A stretch of 64,000 bases of DNA from Pristiophorus japonicus (Eukaryota), in contig NC_091977.1 of assembly GCF_044704955.1 (NCBI RefSeq), positions 307,458,001 to 307,522,000 of the forward strand, in the 5' to 3' direction. Of this stretch, positions 63,041-64,000 are shown one piece after another. A program made the translations under genes and the position numbers. How positions within the stretch are numbered: the first letter of the stretch is position 1; each line of letters starts with the position of its first letter. Under the pieces are notes generated by a model that did no database searches, was not told the origin of the DNA, and worked only from the letters and a program-made list of their open reading frames with translations.

Positions 63041-64000
63041 ATGGCAGGAGAGCTCGGTCACACGATATGCTCCTCCTGTATCATGTGGGAACTGAGGGAC
63101 ACTTCCGGTGTCCCTGACGACTACGTGTGCGGGAAGTGTATCCGCCTCCAGCTCCTGACGGCCCGCGTTGCGGCATTGGAGCTGAGGGTGGATTCATTCT
63201 GGAGCATCCACGATGCTGAGAATGATGTGAGTAGCACGTTTAGTGAGTTGGTCTTACCGCAGGTAAAGGTTACACAGCCAGATAGGGAATGGAAGGCCAG
63301 CAGGAAGAGCAGTGCAAGGAAGGTAGTGCAGGGGTCCTCTGCGGTCATCCCCCTGCAAAACAGATACACCGCTTTGAGTACTGTTGACGGGGATGACTCA
63401 TCAGGGGAGGGCAGCAGCAGCCAAGTTCATGGCACCATGGCTGGCACTGCTGCACAGGAGGGCAGGAAAAAGAGTGGGAAAGTGATAGTGATAGGGGATT
63501 CAATTGTAAGGGGAATAGATAGGCATTTCTGCGGCCGCAACCGAGACTCCAGGATGGTATGTTGCCTCCCTGGTGCAAGGGTCAAGGATGTTTCGGAGCG
63601 GGTGCAGGACATTCTGAAAAGGGAGGGTGAACAGCCAGTTGTCGTGGTGCACATTGGTACCAACGATATGGGTAAAAAAAGGAATGAGGTCCTACGAGAA
63701 GAATTTAAGGAGCTAGGAGCTAAATTAAAAAGTAGGACCTCAAAAGTAGTAATCTCGGGATTGCTACCAGTGCCACGTGCTAGTCAGAGTAGGAATCGCA
63801 GGATAGCTCAAATGAATACGTGGCTTGAGCAGTGGTGCTGCAGGGAGGGATTCAAATTCCTGGGGCACTGGAACAGGTTCTGGGGGAGATGGGACCAGTA
63901 CAAACCGGACGGTCTTCACCTAGGCAAGACCAGAACCAATGTCCGAAGGGGAGGAGTTAAACTAATATGGCAGGGGGATGGGAACCAGTGCAGGGAGACA
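63041..64000 (+). CDS. CR1 ORF1p: zinc finger/leucine zipper plus SGNH (GDSL-like) esterase; open to the window edge
   Basis: Manual translation gives 320 stop-free codons: CSSC..WE...CGKC, IGDSIVRG, PGARV, HIGTND, DGLH. Confidence 0.88.
   Translation, partial: MAGELGHTICSSCIMWELRDTSGVPDDYVCGKCIRLQLLTARVAALELRVDSFWSIHDAENDVSSTFSELVLPQVKVTQPDREWKASRKSSARKVVQGSSAVIPLQNRYTALSTVDGDDSSGEGSSSQVHGTMAGTAAQEGRKKSGKVIVIGDSIVRGIDRHFCGRNRDSRMVCCLPGARVKDVSERVQDILKREGEQPVVVVHIGTNDMGKKRNEVLREEFKELGAKLKSRTSKVVISGLLPVPRASQSRNRRIAQMNTWLEQWCCREGFKFLGHWNRFWGRWDQYKPDGLHLGKTRTNVRRGGVKLIWQGDGNQCRET

Larger units (their letters stand above)
62711..64000 (+). mobile_element. CR1 5' end (monomer promoter, 5' UTR, ORF1); continues beyond the window
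   Basis: 70-bp tandem monomers followed by ORF1; inserted into Gypsy pol between RNase H and integrase. Confidence 0.9.

Overview
This is eukaryotic genomic DNA, very probably from a cartilaginous fish (shark). That call is inferred from the repeat content: esterase-ORF1 CR1 LINEs, a DeuSINE/SacSINE1-type SINE, RTE and L2 LINEs, and PIF/Harbinger transposons. Most of the window is decayed, deeply nested transposable elements: many CR1 copies, five RTE fragments, two L2 fragments, two formerly autonomous Harbingers plus MITEs, a hAT MITE, a Mag-type Gypsy element and several solo LTRs. Scattered among them on the + strand are five phase-compatible, stop-free coding exons (24067-58064), plus a tentative start exon at 23947. 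They splice into the N-terminal short ankyrin array of a probable TRPA-related channel that does not look like canonical vertebrate TRPA1, and the gene continues past the window. Almost all ORFs in the supplied track are TE fragments or their antisense shadows. No database searches were run; family names come from motif recognition.
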